DNA of 56,861 bases, filler included, from Thelocarpon superellum (taxonomy: Eukaryota), in the NCBI GenBank assembly GCA_026025795.1. It is 3 parts of 3 records of this genome, joined end to end, with 100 filler letters (N's around TTAATTAATTAA, not from the genome) between each part and the next. Parts side by side here need not be neighbours in the genome. Positions count along the whole stretch, not along the records: positions 38,172 to 56,861 come from JAPEUG010000358.1; 2 more parts are not named here. One strand, given 5' to 3'. Made by a program: the position numbers and the translations under genes. Below are positions 53,172 to 56,861 of the stretch, in pieces (the stretch's first letter is position 1; each line of letters opens with the position of its first letter). The notes below the pieces were generated by a model that worked only from the letters and a program-made list of their open reading frames with translations, did not search any database and was not told where the DNA came from.

Positions 53172-56079
53172 CTAGCTCTCCTCGCCCGTCTTCTGCCTCC
53201 CAATTCCCGGGTCCGTACCGCGGTCTGTTCCCCTCTGCGCCGTCGATCCCCCGCCTCTCTCTTTCCGCCTCAGTCCCACCCTCCCGGCCTGGTCGATAAA
53301 GGTCTCGTAGCCGCCCTGATCCAGCACCTCGCTTGGCACGACGTCCTGCGGCTGCAGCTCGCGGACGAGCTGCATGTTGGCCTCGTTGCCCTCGAGCAAG
53401 AAACGGAGACACATGATGGCGTGTTCCCGAATGTACGGGTTATGCGCGTCAAAGGCGCAGCATTGTAGAACGATCTCCACGCCGCCGTGTTCCCGCACCT
53501 GGTCCTGCACTGCTGGTGCTTTCCACACGAGCGATGACAGCACCAGCACGACCAGCTTCTTCAGGTTCCGCCATTCAAACTCTTCTGGGTTGTCGGCCGC
53601 CAGCCCCGCTGGTGATGATGGCGCACTGCCGCTTTCGGGAGCTGGCGAGTGCGGCGAGGGATCGTAGGGTCGCTCGACCGCCACGGGCGCGGGGGCGGGA
53701 GCGGGAACGGGCGCAGGGGCGGGGGCGGGGGCGGGGGCGGTGCGGGACGCAGTCCCGGTGGGCGCGGACGGAGAGACGCCACGCCCTGCTCCCAGGCGTC
53801 CGCTGGGAATGCTCGCGTGAAGCTCGCGGAGCAAGGCGATGAGTTCGTGCGTGATCTGCCAATCGACCAGTAACCGCTTCCACTCCTCCGCTTCCGTCAG
53901 GACAGCGAAGAACTCCAGGAATTGGTACACGCCCTCGTACACGCGCTCCATGTCCCACAGATTCAGCGGAAAGTCTTCCGGCTCGACGGTCCCCGCACGG
54001 ATCTGCCCCTGGAGGTAGATGAGCGCGCACGTCTCCGGAATCACCGTCAGCCGGAACTGGCCGAAGATGTACCGCACGACAAGGATGTCGGCCCGTGACA
54101 TCTTGCGGATCGTGATACGGCCGTCTCGACTGGCGGACAAAGGCCGGGGTTGGGTCTGCTTGGCGCGAAAGATCTGCGTCAAGAGTTTGATCATGACCGC
54201 TTGCGACGGTGAGATGATGTCTTTCTGTCTGCGAGAGGTCAGCCTCACTTGACCGCTGATGGAATCATTCTCCGCCCTACTCTTGAAACCAGCCGTAGGT
54301 GCAAGGGACGAGCCCATTGACCAGCAACGACTCCATGATCTGCATCATCATCTTAAAGAAGAGCTCGTCATCCGCCAGATCCCAGGCCGCGACGAAGATG
54401 AGCAATTCGCGCAGAAGGTTTCTCCCGCTTTCTTGCGCCACCAAGATGTTGCATCGGATCGCCTGCATGTTTTCCGTGATGCCCACGGGGTTCTTGGTCG
54501 CAAAGGCATCCACGATGCCCGTCTGGATGATCATCGGAAGAGCCTCGATCTCATTCGGGCCGAGCACCAACGGAATGTCCGTGAGCAGTCCGCGTTCCTG
54601 TTCGCTTGGAGCTTGGTAGCCGGATTCGTCATCCTCCACACTATCCTCCGGCAGAATGCCGTCCCTCCCTTGCTCCAAAGCTCCAGCGTAGACCCGCACA
54701 TTCGCCTCATCGTCTTCAGTCAGGCGAGGCTCCACAGCATTGTGAACGCGTTCGAGCAGTTGGGTCTTGGCAACCGCAAGGGCTCGTGCTGCCGCCGCCG
54801 GCCCGACGTACATGATGGCATCGTTTTCCGACTTCGAGTTGACGGTCCTGTCCAAAGTGGTGAAGTTGGCGGCCATGAGAAGTGGGGAGACGATGGGACG
54901 ACCGTCTAGATCCATCGGCCCCCCAGCGGCTTCTTTGGCTCCTGCGTTTGCGTCAGATTCGTCACCCTCCGACCAAGCTGCTTGCTTCGCCTTGTTCTGC
55001 CCTAGACCAGCGCCAACCTGGACCTGGTGTCTGATGAGGCTGGGTGAGAGCTGCGGTGGCTCGGGTCGCTTGCCATCTTTTGCGTCCGCAAGGCCCGTCC
55101 GAGACATGGCTGTGTTCATCATCTGTATCTGTGATTGGACAATGTCTTCCAACCCCATACCCTTCATGGTACGCGCCTCCATTGCAATGATGTCTTCCAG
55201 TCGGTCCTTCGTCCTCCCGGTAGGCTCTCCCTTCCCTCGGCTGTTCTCTTGGGACGAGTCATCCCCTGCCTGGAAATACGCCGCAGGATCCACGCGGCCC
55301 ATGAAGCTCGGATCGGCGCACTGCGAGCTGCCAAAGAGGTCCATCCAGAGCAGTAGCTTCCGCCGCTCATTGTTCATGACAAAGTTGTGGAGGAATTGCA
55401 GACAGGTGATGAGGAGCTTCTTATCTGTCATCGGTCAGCGACGGGCGTGGAGTAGAGCGTTGAGAGGGCGAGCATCTCCCGTACACGCCGTCACAACTTT
55501 ATCCCAATGCTCCCCCAACCTTGCACCCGCACCGGCATCGAAGCCTCGCGCCGTCACGCGGAGACAGACGTGGATCAGTCGGAGCACCAGCTGCTCAAAG
55601 TGTGCGTCGGCTGCCAGGTCCTGCGCTTCGGACTTGGTCGCCAGCATGTTGCGTGCCAGCGTGCTCAGATCGTTGAGCAATTCCAGATCGCGTAGCAACG
55701 GGACGAAGCTGACAAGCACTCCGTGATGCCCGGGACTGACCATCTCCTTGCCATGATACGACTGACTTTCAATGGGCGGGATTGCATGCGTAAAGACATC
55801 CGTCAGTCGGAGCCAGAGATCGGGACATAGACCCAGCGCCAGCCTAGGTCGATGTTAGCCTCAGGTCGCCGGAAGGGCCTTGGCCAGAGCCTCGACGGAC
55901 CGAACGTCGGCCGATTTCTGACTGCAGGCGAGACAGTGCTTGAGCCCGTCCATGGCCCGGTCCATGCGCACGTTGTCGATGAGACCGGGATTCTCGAATT
56001 GGCTCAAGGCCATGATGAGGATGACCTTGAGCTGCACCACGTGAGCGTAGCTCATCCGCGTCATGATGTATTTGCCCAT
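53172..56079 (-). CDS. Ataxin-10 domain protein (Ctr86-like); multi-exon, start approximate
   Basis: C-terminal DAHNPYIREHAIMCLRFLLEGNEANMQLVREL matches the ataxin-10 domain. Upstream helical exons join via GT-AG introns. Confidence 0.8.
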
Positions 56080-56693
56080 CCTTGCCAATGGTCATGGATG
56101 TGAGCGTAGCGGTGAGGGTGAGATCACACCGAGTCTGGTCTGGACGCACCACGCCGTCCATCTCACGGCCGAGGGCCGTGAACACAAGCGTGAGGGACGA
56201 CGGTGGTCCACGAACGATGGACGATGAACGATGGACGACAATCTATGAGCAATGGAAAAGCATTAGGCTCGCTTGGTCGGCAACATCCTCGAACCGACGT
56301 TGTGGGCCTTGTCGATCTCCGGCGACGCTCTGAACTGCCGTCTAGAAAGGATTGGACTACATAATACACCCACCGTCCAGTATGTGAAGAGGTCAACCCG
56401 CCTTGTACCTTGAAGCTGCTGCACCTTACAAGTGACGGCAATTTGTTTTCAGTGAGTTTCTTGGATCGTGTGAGATAGATTCTGGTGTAGATCAAGCATC
56501 TTAGACTCCGTACTTGCTCCGTGATAGATGACAGGGTTCTATGGGAAGGGCACGGTTGAGATCGTCATCATATCCTCTCGACATACACATCAGGGAAAAC
56601 TGGTGACATTTTGGCAAGTGATGGGCGAACCGGCAATTGCGGAAAGCGCGTGCTGAACCGCGGGGACGCCATGGCCAAAATAATCATCGGTGC

Positions 56694-56738
56694 TGACGCA
56701 CCCCGGTTACTCAACAGAAGATGGGTGGTCTATTCTAC
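56694..56738. mobile_element. Solo-LTR-like repeat, copy 3 (first ~45 bp only, interrupted)
   Basis: TGACGCACCCCGGTT...GAAGATGGGTGGTCTATTC matches the start of copies 1 and 2. Preceded by GTGC. Confidence 0.7.
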
Positions 56739-56740
56739 TA

Positions 56741-56861
56741 ACAGTATCCACCTAGAAACCGGCCACACCTAGAAACCGGCTACCTCCAGGTAACCTCCAC
56801 CCACTTCTGGGTAACCTCAGATGTCCTACCACATCTAAATGACAACAACCAACTTTTATTC
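56741..56861 (+). mobile_element. Probable left end (TIR) of a Tc1/mariner-superfamily pogo/Fot1-type DNA transposon
   Basis: TA followed by ACAGTATC-CACCTAGAAACCGGC-CA-CACCTAGAAACCGGC-TACC: a ~44-bp end with two 15-bp internal direct repeats, then a C/A-rich leader. Confidence 0.6.

Overview
GC-rich, intron-containing DNA of a filamentous ascomycete (Pezizomycotina). The window is three separate ~19 kb contigs joined by artificial 100-nt N44-TTAATTAATTAA-N44 linkers (18997-19096 and 38072-38171), so gene order across them is not biological. Contig 1 carries a PDR-type ABC transporter, a CCHC-knuckle orphan gene, and a tandem pair of a processive GT2 synthase-like gene and a membrane-anchored GH16. 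Contig 2 carries CRD1, ERG3, TUP1, an AZF1-like factor, an FLX1-like carrier, a five-exon TOM7 and the 5' end of HSH49. Contig 3 carries GMPP-alpha, a secreted lysozyme/SLT-like protein, TIM17, a Cys-rich orphan, an OYE, a 2OG-Fe(II) dioxygenase and an ataxin-10/CTR86-like gene. The main leads are: the GT2+GH16 candidate glucan synthesis/remodelling module; a ~136-bp TG..CA solo-LTR-like repeat with 4-bp target duplications, one copy interrupted by a pogo/Fot1-type end; identical TCGG-N12-CCGA (AtrR-type) sites upstream of both the PDR pump and ERG3; a dioxygenase resembling plant 2-ODD-C23; and the muramidase-like secreted protein. All gene models were spliced by hand, and no database searches were run.
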